Sequence record: GQ981382
From: Shigella phage SP18
Strand: one strand, 5' to 3'
DNA length: 64,000 nt
Within the stretch, counting starts at the first letter, position 1; each line of letters begins with the position of its first letter. Below, piece after piece: positions 1 through 8,937 of the stretch. A program made the position numbers and the translations under genes. A model generated the notes under the pieces. The model was not told the DNA's origin and did not search any database. It saw only the letters and a list, made by a program, of their open reading frames with translations.

Positions 1-1
1 A

Positions 2-2236
2 TTATTCCTTATTGGCCGCTTCCACGGCCTTCATGATTTGAGCAACGTTCTGCACTTGTTCAGTTGACATGGCGTTACGGTTATATAAAAAGTGTGAAAC
101 AATTGGGTGATTCTTTTCAAATTCAAAAACCATTTTATCGCTTGTTACCGAAGCGTTTTTGGTCAGGTCGTCATAAATCTTATTACAAAGGACCAGCGTT
201 TCCTGCATGGTCTTATCAACCGTTCCACTGTTATATGCGTTATAAGCAAAGAACTTATTGAACTGCATTAGTTCGGCATAGTCAGTATTCACATCTTTCT
301 GAACATCTTTTGCATAAAAATACTTGAACATAAAATTCAGTTCTGCATATTCAGACAGGATAGGAATATAATAACGCGAACGGCTTGAAGCGGCAATGTA
401 CTGGTCCGCATCAACCGCATCAATCAATTCCACATAACGATTGACTGCAGCTTCAATCAGACAATCATACTGCGCCAGCTTGGTAACCTTTTTCTGAAGC
501 TGTGGACGAATAACACAGAATTCATTGATTTCCAACAGATTCGCCAGTTTGCACAATGTCTGGGTCCCGAAGGTCGTGGTGCCATATTCCTGATTCAACG
601 GGGAAATGCTACTGCGGTTAATGAATACAGCATAACCATCGATTTCCTCTGCATCAGCTGCACATGTAAATTCTTCAACAGACTGCCATTTGCCATTGGT
701 TTTAGTCCAACGAAGCAATGATGGAGTCTTTGACTTAACGCGGGCTTTCGGGTCAGCAACCGGAATCCAGTCTTTTACAAGGGCAGTCAGTTCAGACGTA
801 CGATAGATATTAACCGTATCGCCTTCAAATCGTTCCTGGAGTTGAACCATCAACCGTGTTTGAATTTCGCTGGTTGGGTCAACGAACAATAGACTACTAC
901 CTTGTACAGTCGGAACTTTACCGGATGCTTTGAGCTTTTTGGCTTTCGCGCTGGTGTCATACAGCATTGAACTGATACCACGAATCATCGCAATTCGCCC
1001 TTTAGCATCGTCAATAACAATATTCAAGGTATCATTATGAATACCAAACATGCTTGTCAGGCTTGCAGTATTCGTGTTCGAGCTTGAGTTACGCAGACGT
1101 TTCAGACGGGTGGTGCTATAGATATCATAGACAACCCCGGCATTAATAAGGTCTTTGTCCAGCTCGAACATTTCGTACATCTGATTAAAGGTCAATTGTG
1201 ATTTCGTAAATTTCGTTTCAACATTACGAGCTTTCAGAAAATTACGAGCTTCATAATTCAGATTCTGCAATTCGCGATACGTATGGCGGATACATTCTGA
1301 TTCCTGCCATTTCTTACAATCATCTTCCATGACCTTCTTATCAAGCGATTCAATACGTTCAACGATATTTGCGACCGTACGTTTGTCCAGTGATAATGCT
1401 TCGCGAGAAGGTGCAATATCCAACGAACCCATCGGGAACTTAATAAAGACAACATCATTTTTGGCAGTCATCCAGGTTTTCTTGGTGTAACCATCACCAA
1501 TCGGATAAACAATTCCGCCATAAATTGCATAAAGTCCATAACGTTCTGGACTGCTATAATTAATACGCGCTGGAGCATAGTAATCATCAAATTCCGGGAA
1601 GTATTCAATTTCGCCAGCGCCTTGCACTTCAGCCAGTCCAGCAAATGGACGCATGATATATGCAATCTCGTAGCGGAACTTACCGAAATCATTACTATCG
1701 ACCGGGACAACAACTTCAATCCCTGTGCGGTCACCAGGTTTCATTGGTTCGCTAAAGGTTGGCTTAATCTGTGGACCATCGCCGTCCATATAAGCGACAT
1801 AACCATTAACTTGTCCATCATGATATGAAATCAGGCTAAACGTCTCTGTATAACTGAACGGAGATTTAGAACCCAGACCAAAGCCACCAATAAAATCGTT
1901 GGATTCAGCCTTGGATGATGCAAAGAAACTGTTATACAAACCTGGAGTATTTTCATCACCACGAATCTGGAAATCACTCATACCCGGACCAAAGTCACGA
2001 CATACAAAACGTGGGTCCAGTTCACCAGGAGCTTGCACAATGAATTTATCCTGACAGCCATTGAGCATATGAGCATCAATCATATTGGTAATCAGCTCAC
2101 GAACAACCGCGCGCACCTTGTTTGTATAAAGGTCGCTGGTCAGAATCTTAAACACCTTTGGAGATGCCTGGATTGTGAATGCTGATGCCTTGGCACCATT
2201 ACCAAGGATTGCTTCCTTTTCAGTTTCTAAAATCAT
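2..2236 (-). CDS. rIIA: rIIA membrane-associated protein (protection against prophage-mediated exclusion), complete 744 aa
   Basis: N-terminal GHKL/HATPase-like motifs (ELITNMIDAH, GGFGLGSKSPFSY) and strong resemblance to T4 rIIA; first gene of the T4 map; stop codon at 2-4. Confidence 0.9.
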   Translation of the reverse strand: MILETEKEAILGNGAKASAFTIQASPKVFKILTSDLYTNKVRAVVRELITNMIDAHMLNGCQDKFIVQAPGELDPRFVCRDFGPGMSDFQIRGDENTPGLYNSFFASSKAESNDFIGGFGLGSKSPFSYTETFSLISYHDGQVNGYVAYMDGDGPQIKPTFSEPMKPGDRTGIEVVVPVDSNDFGKFRYEIAYIMRPFAGLAEVQGAGEIEYFPEFDDYYAPARINYSSPERYGLYAIYGGIVYPIGDGYTKKTWMTAKNDVVFIKFPMGSLDIAPSREALSLDKRTVANIVERIESLDKKVMEDDCKKWQESECIRHTYRELQNLNYEARNFLKARNVETKFTKSQLTFNQMYEMFELDKDLINAGVVYDIYSTTRLKRLRNSSSNTNTASLTSMFGIHNDTLNIVIDDAKGRIAMIRGISSMLYDTSAKAKKLKASGKVPTVQGSSLLFVDPTSEIQTRLMVQLQERFEGDTVNIYRTSELTALVKDWIPVADPKARVKSKTPSLLRWTKTNGKWQSVEEFTCAADAEEIDGYAVFINRSSISPLNQEYGTTTFGTQTLCKLANLLEINEFCVIRPQLQKKVTKLAQYDCLIEAAVNRYVELIDAVDADQYIAASSRSRYYIPILSEYAELNFMFKYFYAKDVQKDVNTDYAELMQFNKFFAYNAYNSGTVDKTMQETLVLCNKIYDDLTKNASVTSDKMVFEFEKNHPIVSHFLYNRNAMSTEQVQNVAQIMKAVEAANKE

Positions 2237-2243
2237 GTTTTTC

Positions 2244-2453
2244 TCACTTTATGTTACGTTTGATTAATTCTGCAACTTCAAGAAGTTCATCCTTTGTTGC
2301 GGCGTCTGAAGCTATTTTAATACGGATTTCTTTGAAGCGTTCTTTAAACTCTTCAGCTTCTCTTATATCAAAAAATCGTTGGATAACACGGTACTCTTTA
2401 TGGATAGCTTTATCAAACAGTTCCATATTAACTTTGAAGTTCGTCATTTCCAA
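2244..2453 (-). CDS. small hypothetical protein (rIIA.1 position)
   Basis: 69 aa ORF immediately downstream of rIIA on the same strand; positional analogy to T4 rIIA.1. Confidence 0.5.
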   Translation of the reverse strand: MEMTNFKVNMELFDKAIHKEYRVIQRFFDIREAEEFKERFKEIRIKIASDAATKDELLEVAELIKRNIK

Positions 2454-2712
2454 TCTCCTGTAATATTTTTCTCATACTACGCATGGTAGCTTTATGTTCT
2501 TGGTCATGGTATATCAATGCAAGGAGTGCTTCAATTCGCTCCTCAGGGACCTTCTGGCCAGCCTTAATGCTCATGGCTGTTGTTCTTACAGCTAATAAGT
2601 AACTTCGCTTCCTGTCGCTATCTGGGAGCTCCTGTACCTTCCTCAGGCCTGCTTCCATAATACACCGTGCGACATTTTGCAGATTAACTAAACTTCCGTC
2701 AGACATAATCAT
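2428..2712 (-). CDS. hypothetical protein
   Basis: 94 aa ORF, same strand, compact spacing; start uncertain (MIMSDG). Confidence 0.45.
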   Translation of the reverse strand: MIMSDGSLVNLQNVARCIMEAGLRKVQELPDSDRKRSYLLAVRTTAMSIKAGQKVPEERIEALLALIYHDQEHKATMRSMRKILQEIGNDELQS

Positions 2713-2762
2713 ATTTTCACCTCAAAGACATCTTAACACAATTTTTGTGGCTTGTACATAAT

Positions 2763-2791
2763 AAAAAGGTCTCCCGAAGGAGACCAAATTT
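2763..2791 (-). terminator. CUUCGG-tetraloop hairpin terminator (GGTCTCC-ttcg-GGAGACC plus U-tract)
   Basis: perfect 7-bp inverted repeat with cgaa/ttcg loop flanked by A/T runs. Confidence 0.55.
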
Positions 2792-2943
2792 TATTCTACT
2801 TTATAGACTTGACCATACGCCATGAAAGTTTCACCTTCCCAGGTTTCGCACGTGATTGTTACAAATTCTGCAAACAAAGGCTTTTTCTCTGCCCAGAGAA
2901 AACCATATTCACCGGTAGCGAGTGTAATCCAGTATTTAGTCAT
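2791..2943 (-). CDS. small hypothetical protein (~50 aa, below ORF-track cutoff)
   Basis: ATG preceded by GGAGA Shine-Dalgarno, ends at the terminator hairpin; coordinates hand-derived. Confidence 0.35.
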   Translation of the reverse strand: MTKYWITLATGEYGFLWAEKKPLFAEFVTITCETWEGETFMAYGQVYKVE

Positions 2944-2983
2944 ATTGTCTCCTAGTAGCGGGAGAATATTCTCCCACCTCTAT

Positions 2984-4816
2984 TTATAGCGTCGCATTCA
3001 TCCAATCTTTGCGCTGCTGGGAATCTTTACCGAATAGCATTTCGAACAGTTCTTTCCAGTTGTCGGGCAATTGAACAACTTCGAATACCGGTTCAAGCAA
3101 TACGCGTTTATACTCGGAATCTTCCAGAGAGCCAAGCCCCTTGATATATCGAATGGTATGCTTCGGAAGTTTATCCTTAGCTTCTTCATAGTCAGGAAGA
3201 GAATAGAACCATTCTTGTTTATCTTTGAGCTGCGCAATAATAACAGGAGTTTTCACAAAGCGAATTCGTCCTTCATGGAACAGTTCTGGCCAGTTACTGA
3301 AAAACGCCAATAATGACGGATAGATACTACCGACACCATCCACATCCGCATCTGTCATGATAGCAATGTTTCGGTAATTCATATTCTCGGCCGGTTGTCC
3401 AATCGTTAAACCAGTAATCGCACACACATCAAAGGCTTCAGCGTTCTTCATAACTTCAACAGCTTTCAAACCCCATGTGTTTTTAAACTTACCACGTAAT
3501 GGATAAGCACCTTGCAATTCACGGTCACGAACCTTGATAAATGGACCAGTTGCAGAATCACCTTCGGTCAGGAACAGAGTCGTTTCCAACTTATCATTGC
3601 CCCATTCGTTGGCCTTAATATGCTTCTGTACCTTGGCCTTTGAAGCTTTCTTATTTGCCTTAGTCTCTGCTGCTTTCTCTGCAGCCAATTTACGGGCTAA
3701 TGCAGCTTCAACAATCGGCATAATCAGCGGTTCATTTTTCAGAATAGCTTGCGCGATTTTCTTAGCATCAATCTTAATGTGATTTCGAATTTCACCAGCC
3801 GGAGAAGTCAATCGCTCCTTAGTCTGGGAATCAAATCGCATGTTGCTCATATCGCGGATGAACATAAGCATGGTGAGACATTCTTTAACTCGTGCCTTGG
3901 TCACCTCGATGCCTTTATATTTGCGCTTAATCGCCGGCTGAAGGTGTTCACAGATATCATCCATAACACATTCAACGTGGTGTCCGCCATTCTTTGTATG
4001 AATGTTGTTGACATAAGTCAGCTGACGGAAACCATCTGGGCTGGTCGTAAAGGCCATCGATACTGTATCAGTTTCCTGGATAACAACTTCGGTTCCGAAT
4101 TGCTTGGAGAACTTCTTGAAATTACCATCAACCTTTTTACCATTAAAGGTGAACTGAATATCCGGATAAACAACCGCGAGAGTCTGCAGACGGTCCAATG
4201 TAATATCCAGATAAATCTGGGACAGACTATTTTCTTCAAAGTGACTAAAATCTGGAACAAATATAACAGTTGTACCTTTGCCCTTAGATTTCTTGGTCGA
4301 CCAACCTTTGTTTTCCATACCGTTGGAGCAGTTAACGGTGATTTCATTTGCACCATCAGCGGTAATCCCTGTGAACAATACGGAGAAAATATTGGTCAGA
4401 GAAGACCCGACGCCATTCATCCCGCCAGTTTTACGTTCAGCATCATCGCCGAAGTTACCACCAGCTTTTGGAATAGTCCATGCTGCAACAGGGCCAGGGA
4501 TTTGTTCACCGTTTTGGTCTGTAACCATTGCTTGAGGAATACCACGACCATTATCAGAAACCGAAATCTGATTATCTTTAATTTGAACATCAATTTTATT
4601 GGCAAATTTAAAACTGGTGCGAATTGCTTCATCAACAGAGTTATCGATAATTTCATCAATCAGTTTTACAATACCAGGAACATAGCTTACGGACTTATAT
4701 TCACCAAACAAGAATCGCTCATGCGCTTCATTTGAACTGGAACCAATATACATCCCGGAACGTTTTTTGATATGCTCGACGTCCGAGAGTACTTTAATTT
4801 CATTATTAATCATCAT
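2984..4816 (-). CDS. 39: DNA topoisomerase II large subunit, fused 39+60 form (GyrB-like ATPase plus Toprim)
   Basis: 610 aa; GHKL ATPase motifs (IDNSVDEA, DNGRGIP, GGMNGVGSS), Toprim EGDSA and MTDADVDG; continuous ORF, no gene-60 split. Confidence 0.9.
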   Translation of the reverse strand: MMINNEIKVLSDVEHIKKRSGMYIGSSSNEAHERFLFGEYKSVSYVPGIVKLIDEIIDNSVDEAIRTSFKFANKIDVQIKDNQISVSDNGRGIPQAMVTDQNGEQIPGPVAAWTIPKAGGNFGDDAERKTGGMNGVGSSLTNIFSVLFTGITADGANEITVNCSNGMENKGWSTKKSKGKGTTVIFVPDFSHFEENSLSQIYLDITLDRLQTLAVVYPDIQFTFNGKKVDGNFKKFSKQFGTEVVIQETDTVSMAFTTSPDGFRQLTYVNNIHTKNGGHHVECVMDDICEHLQPAIKRKYKGIEVTKARVKECLTMLMFIRDMSNMRFDSQTKERLTSPAGEIRNHIKIDAKKIAQAILKNEPLIMPIVEAALARKLAAEKAAETKANKKASKAKVQKHIKANEWGNDKLETTLFLTEGDSATGPFIKVRDRELQGAYPLRGKFKNTWGLKAVEVMKNAEAFDVCAITGLTIGQPAENMNYRNIAIMTDADVDGVGSIYPSLLAFFSNWPELFHEGRIRFVKTPVIIAQLKDKQEWFYSLPDYEEAKDKLPKHTIRYIKGLGSLEDSEYKRVLLEPVFEVVQLPDNWKELFEMLFGKDSQQRKDWMNATL

Positions 4817-4838
4817 CTTTCCTCTTGTGTATGGAGGT

Positions 4839-4863
4839 ATTATAAGTCACATATTTTAAAGCA
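4839..4863 (-). promoter_or_regulatory. candidate MotA-dependent middle promoter upstream of gene 39 (MotA box TGCTTTA plus TTATAAT)
   Basis: minus-strand reading tttGCTTtaaaatatgtgacTTATAAT about 25 nt upstream of the gene 39 ATG; spacing slightly short of T4 consensus. Confidence 0.35.
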
Positions 4864-4864
4864 A

Positions 4865-4884
4865 AAAGGCCCGAAGGCCTTTTA
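4865..4884 (-). terminator. hairpin terminator (GGCC-cgaa-GGCC with flanking U/A tracts)
   Basis: inverted repeat aaaGGCCcgaaGGCCttt; between upstream gene stop and gene 39 promoter. Confidence 0.5.
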
Positions 4885-5280
4885 TTTGAATCGAAGCTGC
4901 TCTAACATTTTAATAGCTTGTAGGCGTCCGGCTTCAGTTTTAACCGTAATAATAACATCACCGCCGGTAACAACGATATCCTCTTTTGATTCCTGTTCGG
5001 TTATTTCAGAATCACATTCTGGAACTTCTTCAAAATATTTAAATTCATCACCAAAAATAAGACCGGTTCCATTACGACTATGGAAAGAAAATCCAGTCCC
5101 ATCGATAGTACTAAATTCCGTAACAACATTTGAATCCATCTTAGTGACTGAAAACTCTTTGGTGGTAACCAAATCAATGATAGAGGTTCCTTGTTGGTTC
5201 AAAATACTACCAGGCATACCGACATGTTTAAGGAAGCCATCTAAATCTTTAATGCAATAACTCTTTCCAATTTTAAACAT
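4882..5280 (-). CDS. hypothetical protein (goF/39.x region)
   Basis: ORF track 4882..5295 starts at a TTG; first ATG (MFKIGKSY) preceded by GAGGA gives 132 aa. Confidence 0.5.
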   Translation of the reverse strand: MFKIGKSYCIKDLDGFLKHVGMPGSILNQQGTSIIDLVTTKEFSVTKMDSNVVTEFSTIDGTGFSFHSRNGTGLIFGDEFKYFEEVPECDSEITEQESKEDIVVTGGDVIITVKTEAGRLQAIKMLEQLRFK

Positions 5281-5287
5281 AATATCC

Positions 5288-5548
5288 TCATTCAAATCGG
5301 ATGGTTGAATTTTTAAACAGCAATCCAGAACAAACAGTTCCTTTAACTTTCTTACCGGTTGGGCCTACGGCTGTAAAACCAGTATGCTGAAAATCATCTT
5401 CAGAGCAACCCAACCAGTTATATCCGGTGATTTGGATTTGCTCATAGCCGTTTGCATCTAATACCCGAATGGCATTATCTGCATCAGTACAACCAGCCAA
5501 TGAAACCGCCAGTACCAGTGCTGCAATAGAACGATTAATGTATTTCAT
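5288..5548 (-). CDS. small lipoprotein (signal peptide with lipobox LAGC)
   Basis: MKYINRSIAALVLAVSLAGC N-terminus; ATG with GAGGAA SD. Confidence 0.6.
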   Translation of the reverse strand: MKYINRSIAALVLAVSLAGCTDADNAIRVLDANGYEQIQITGYNWLGCSEDDFQHTGFTAVGPTGKKVKGTVCSGLLFKNSTIRFE

Positions 5549-5732
5549 AATTCCTCACTTAGTCAGCAGGTCGTAAAAACCGCCATTAACATGTTTAGGA
5601 GCCGAGACTAACCGAACAGCCAGCCGATGGCAATCAGGACAAACATCATTATCTCTTTCAGAGATTTTCTTGATTTTTTCGTATTCTTTCGCGCAGTCAT
5701 TGGATTGGCATTTGTAGTCATAAAGTGGCATG

Positions 5733-6107
5733 TTATTCCTTAAAATGTGCTTTCAACATCTGGTAAACGGTCCAGGCTTCAGAGTTATTAGAAATGGTGA
5801 TTTTAGCCAAAGGGAATTCGCTTGGTTCAAATGCTTCATCAGCGTCTTCGCATTCATCTTCAGTATCGTCATCTTTTTCTTCTTCAAAGAAACGACGCTC
5901 ATCTTCCTTTATGAATATTCTCTCCATTCCACCGGTCGAAAATTCTATCCGATATACATCACCACCTTCAATTCCGACTGGTCTAAATCCTTCACCATTG
6001 ATTATAGCATCAGCTATATTATCATTATCAGAGCATAACAAACGGAATCTGCTTTCAGCAACATTATCTTTAAAATAATACCATTTATCAGTTTCAAATT
6101 TCAACAT
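5733..6107 (-). CDS. hypothetical acidic protein
   Basis: track ORF 5733..6248 overlaps upstream gene; internal ATG (MLKFETDKWYYF) with AAGGAGA SD gives 124 aa. Confidence 0.45.
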   Translation of the reverse strand: MLKFETDKWYYFKDNVAESRFRLLCSDNDNIADAIINGEGFRPVGIEGGDVYRIEFSTGGMERIFIKEDERRFFEEEKDDDTEDECEDADEAFEPSEFPLAKITISNNSEAWTVYQMLKAHFKE

Positions 6108-6324
6108 GATAAGTCTCCTTCCAAAAATCTGTACCATCTTCTGATTCTTCGCGGAACAGCGCATAGCTAGGTAGTTCCGCACCTTCATACGCATACACAT
6201 AAATGATATCAGTTGTGCAAAGAAATTCATTGATATTTTTCTTAACAATCACTTTATCACTTTCAGCGGTTTCCCAGAACTCTTCAGCGGTCAGGGAAGT
6301 GGTCACACAATCTTCATTAAACAT
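6094..6324 (-). CDS. hypothetical protein
   Basis: 76 aa, ATG with GAGGAGA SD. Confidence 0.5.
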   Translation of the reverse strand: MFNEDCVTTSLTAEEFWETAESDKVIVKKNINEFLCTTDIIYVYAYEGAELPSYALFREESEDGTDFWKETYHVEI

Positions 6325-6339
6325 AATATTCTCCTCATT

Positions 6340-6359
6340 GATAGGGCAAAAACCCTATC
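6340..6359 (-). terminator. hairpin (ATAGGG-caaaaa-CCCTAT) downstream of motB
   Basis: inverted repeat between motB stop and next gene. Confidence 0.35.
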
Positions 6360-6370
6360 ATTTTTATAAT

Positions 6371-6862
6371 TTAGGCAAAATGAATATCAGCATACTCAAC
6401 GATAAAGCTCTCAGGAACAACCTTAAAGGTTCCAAGGAATACGATATTATACAGTTTGACACCTTCTTCAACCCACTGGTCGGTGATGTAACCAGACATA
6501 CTAGTGGTTTCATAAGTCGGACCGTACTTGCAATTGTATTCAAACGGTTTAGGTGAAACGAAAAAGACACCTTTACCTAATTTCCATTTAAAATCAACCC
6601 CAACATGAGACTGGTCAATGGTTTCAACTTCTTCAACTACTGGAGCGATGTATCCAGTAAATTCAGTTGATTCCAGGAATTTAGGATGTACATAAGCCAA
6701 TTGAGTTTCAGCATGACCATGTTTAGGAATAATACGCACTTTAACTTCTTTAATTCCACCTACTAAATTAGTGCGAAGACTCACAACCTCAACAAAACGA
6801 CCAGCAGCTTTAGAACGAGATTCTTTAGAAACACGTACAATATCACCTTCTTCAACTTTCAT
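6371..6862 (-). CDS. motB: MotB-like modifier of transcription
   Basis: 163 aa, position and size match T4 MotB (162 aa); called from memory of the T4 sequence. Confidence 0.65.
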   Translation of the reverse strand: MKVEEGDIVRVSKESRSKAAGRFVEVVSLRTNLVGGIKEVKVRIIPKHGHAETQLAYVHPKFLESTEFTGYIAPVVEEVETIDQSHVGVDFKWKLGKGVFFVSPKPFEYNCKYGPTYETTSMSGYITDQWVEEGVKLYNIVFLGTFKVVPESFIVEYADIHFA

Positions 6863-6905
6863 AATTTTCTCTCTTGATTAATAAGTTTATTCTCCAGTGG
6901 GGTCA

Positions 6906-6934
6906 TTATACTCTGACCCCAAGAGTTTGTACAC
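6906..6934 (-). promoter_or_regulatory. early promoter (GTGTAC -35, 18-bp spacer, TATAAT -10) driving motB
   Basis: minus-strand GTGTACaaactcttggggtcagagTATAATgacccc; matches the recurrent promoter cassette. Confidence 0.6.
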
Positions 6935-6941
6935 TTTAAAT

Positions 6942-7697
6942 TTAATTAAAAATTTCAACAACCATGGAACGTGGGACAACAGTAAATTCACCAGCATGGA
7001 CAACGTTCAGGAGTTCAACACCATCTTCAATCCACTGGTCTGTTACCCAACCACAAATGGAACTGTTAAATGGGCGTTTGATTTGAACTGGTTTACATAG
7101 CAAGTCAATAGGGTCACCCAGCTCGCTAACTTCTTTTAGCAGTACAGATTCACGCGGATAAAGGATAGCTTCAAGATTGTCACCTGATTCATTGACTGCA
7201 GTAAATTCAAAGATGCTTTGGTGATTGTGGTACTTAACTGTTTTAACGGTAAATGGAGCAAATCCAAAAATACCTTTCAGTACCCGCCAACCAGCATGCA
7301 TTGCGACAGTCTTTCCAAATTGACTATCATCTTCAATAAGCTGATAGGTTTTACCAACTTTGATAGGAGTTTCTTCAACTTCTTTGAAGAGTTCAATCTC
7401 AGCTTCATAAACCATAATTTTTTCTACTTCATTTGTATCAAGGCGACGTGCATGTAGAATATATGCTTTATCAAACCAGTTACTTTTTACAAAAGTTTCA
7501 ACAATAAATTCACCTTCGCCTAAAGCATCAGTCAGAGTATTATACCCAGAAACCATAGCTGCATTTTGAATAATAGGTTCAATCAGTTGATAAGTTTTGT
7601 TAATTTCAATAGTCATATTTTGTTTCTCAAGTTTTAATGGTTTAATTGGGCGAACATACATACTTACAACATCAAAGTCAATAAATTCTGGTTTCAT
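6942..7697 (-). CDS. MotB paralog with N-terminal extension
   Basis: 251 aa; C-terminal ~60 aa (GWVTDQWIEDGVELLNVVHAGEFTVVPRSMVVE) aligns with MotB C-terminus (GYITDQWVEEGVKLYNIVFLGTFKVVPESFIVE). Confidence 0.6.
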   Translation of the reverse strand: MKPEFIDFDVVSMYVRPIKPLKLEKQNMTIEINKTYQLIEPIIQNAAMVSGYNTLTDALGEGEFIVETFVKSNWFDKAYILHARRLDTNEVEKIMVYEAEIELFKEVEETPIKVGKTYQLIEDDSQFGKTVAMHAGWRVLKGIFGFAPFTVKTVKYHNHQSIFEFTAVNESGDNLEAILYPRESVLLKEVSELGDPIDLLCKPVQIKRPFNSSICGWVTDQWIEDGVELLNVVHAGEFTVVPRSMVVEIFN

Positions 7698-7954
7698 TAT
7701 GCAACCTTATTGAACATCGCCAGTTGATTAGGTTGTACAACCATAATTTCACGACGACCTTTTGTATTTGACACGTTCAGGTAGATGCCTTTGTTCATGT
7801 CTGTTTCTTTATCATATACCGCAATTTTATTGACAGTAAAGATTTTACCACGAATATTTGCAAATGCACATTCAAACGCTTTAGTCAGACCTGCTTCAGC
7901 AGCTTGAAGAGCGGACATTTCATATTGTTGGCCAATTTCAAAAGAAGTAATCAT
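7697..7954 (-). CDS. hypothetical protein
   Basis: track ORF extends through promoter leader (translating STTDEDNKM); true ATG after conserved leader gives 85 aa. Confidence 0.5.
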   Translation of the reverse strand: MITSFEIGQQYEMSALQAAEAGLTKAFECAFANIRGKIFTVNKIAVYDKETDMNKGIYLNVSNTKGRREIMVVQPNQLAMFNKVA

Positions 7955-7985
7955 TTTGTTGTCCTCATCAGTAGTTGATGAGATG

Positions 7986-8015
7986 ATTATGTCTCTTTCC
8001 ATTGACCTTGTACAC
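7986..8015 (-). promoter_or_regulatory. early promoter (GTGTAC -35, CATAAT -10) with conserved leader ATCAACTACTGATGAGG
   Basis: recurrent cassette; leader ends in GAGGA SD before ATG at 7954. Confidence 0.6.
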
Positions 8016-8021
8016 TACTTT

Positions 8022-8705
8022 TTATCGTTTTTTCGGTAAAGATAACGGGTCTGCATCTTCTTCGGAAGGAACTTCATCCAAACCAAGGGCATAGCGCTGG
8101 GCATACTTCAACATCAAAATATCTTTCGCGCAGTCATGTACCGAATCGTGCGCCACGAATCCATCTAAAGTCCCCTTTGGTAATGGAGTTTCACACATCT
8201 TACGGACGAGTGACAAGGCTTCGATGGCTGTCCTGATATCTCGCTGGTTCCAGAATACAACCGGCTCCAGGCCATAGGTATTCAATTCACGCTCAGGAAT
8301 CCCCTCATTGCGCTGTAGGTCGCGGATAAGGTCAACAAACAACGGGAAGTCAAAAGACATTCCCCGACACCACATAAGGCTTTCGTATTTGTTAATTCCA
8401 TTACCATTCAGATAGTCAATCGCCTGTTGGATACCGGTCAGAGTATCAACATCATGCGCAGAAGGGACCAGGTTAACACGTGCTTCGGTTGATTGTTTTT
8501 TCCACCAACCCATAGTTGTTGTGTCGAACAGCCGCTTACCTTTTTGATATTCAAGGCTGAACTTAATGCGTTTGCCGCGATTAACCAGAGTTTCGAATGA
8601 TTCTACAATAGCAGGGTCAGATTCAAATGTAATCAGGGCCAGGTCAATAACGGCTCCCTTCGAGCCGTTTCCCAGAGTTTCAAAGTCAATAATAGCATCA
8701 ATCAT
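8022..8705 (-). CDS. dexA: exonuclease A (DnaQ-like 3'-5' exonuclease)
   Basis: 227 aa, same length as T4 DexA; DFETLG exo motif. Confidence 0.8.
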   Translation of the reverse strand: MIDAIIDFETLGNGSKGAVIDLALITFESDPAIVESFETLVNRGKRIKFSLEYQKGKRLFDTTTMGWWKKQSTEARVNLVPSAHDVDTLTGIQQAIDYLNGNGINKYESLMWCRGMSFDFPLFVDLIRDLQRNEGIPERELNTYGLEPVVFWNQRDIRTAIEALSLVRKMCETPLPKGTLDGFVAHDSVHDCAKDILMLKYAQRYALGLDEVPSEEDADPLSLPKKR

Positions 8706-8937
8706 CGCACATCTCTTTTAATTTCTGAATTTCGCCAGCAACATAGTCGGAGATAAAAATCCCTGGCTCTTCATTGTTAAAATATTCAATCGCGGCCATA
8801 CGTTTCCGAATAAGATTCAGTTCCAGTAAAACGTAATTACTCTGCACGACGATAGTCGGATTATCTTCGAAAAATTCAACCGCGTCCTGAATACCATAGA
8901 TGAGATTATCTAAATCTTCTTTATGTACCTTATACAT
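8698..8937 (-). CDS. hypothetical protein (dda.1 position)
   Basis: ATG 2 nt after dda stop; about 79 aa. Confidence 0.45.
   Translation of the reverse strand: MYKVHKEDLDNLIYGIQDAVEFFEDNPTIVVQSNYVLLELNLIRKRMAAIEYFNNEEPGIFISDYVAGEIQKLKEMCDD

Noticed and set aside
2244-2984. Separate gene 60 with 50-nt translational bypass between rIIA and gene 39
   Set aside because: Gene 39 here already contains the Toprim (gp60-equivalent) region in frame; the small ORFs in this interval have no topoisomerase motifs.
3749-4735. Long plus-strand ORFs (e.g. 328 aa at 3749-4735, 246 aa at 22035-22775, 225 aa at 24546-25223) lying antisense within gp39, uvsX and gp43
   Set aside because: They sit entirely inside well-supported minus-strand genes with strong homology, have no RBS context and a low-complexity composition; they are antisense frame artefacts.
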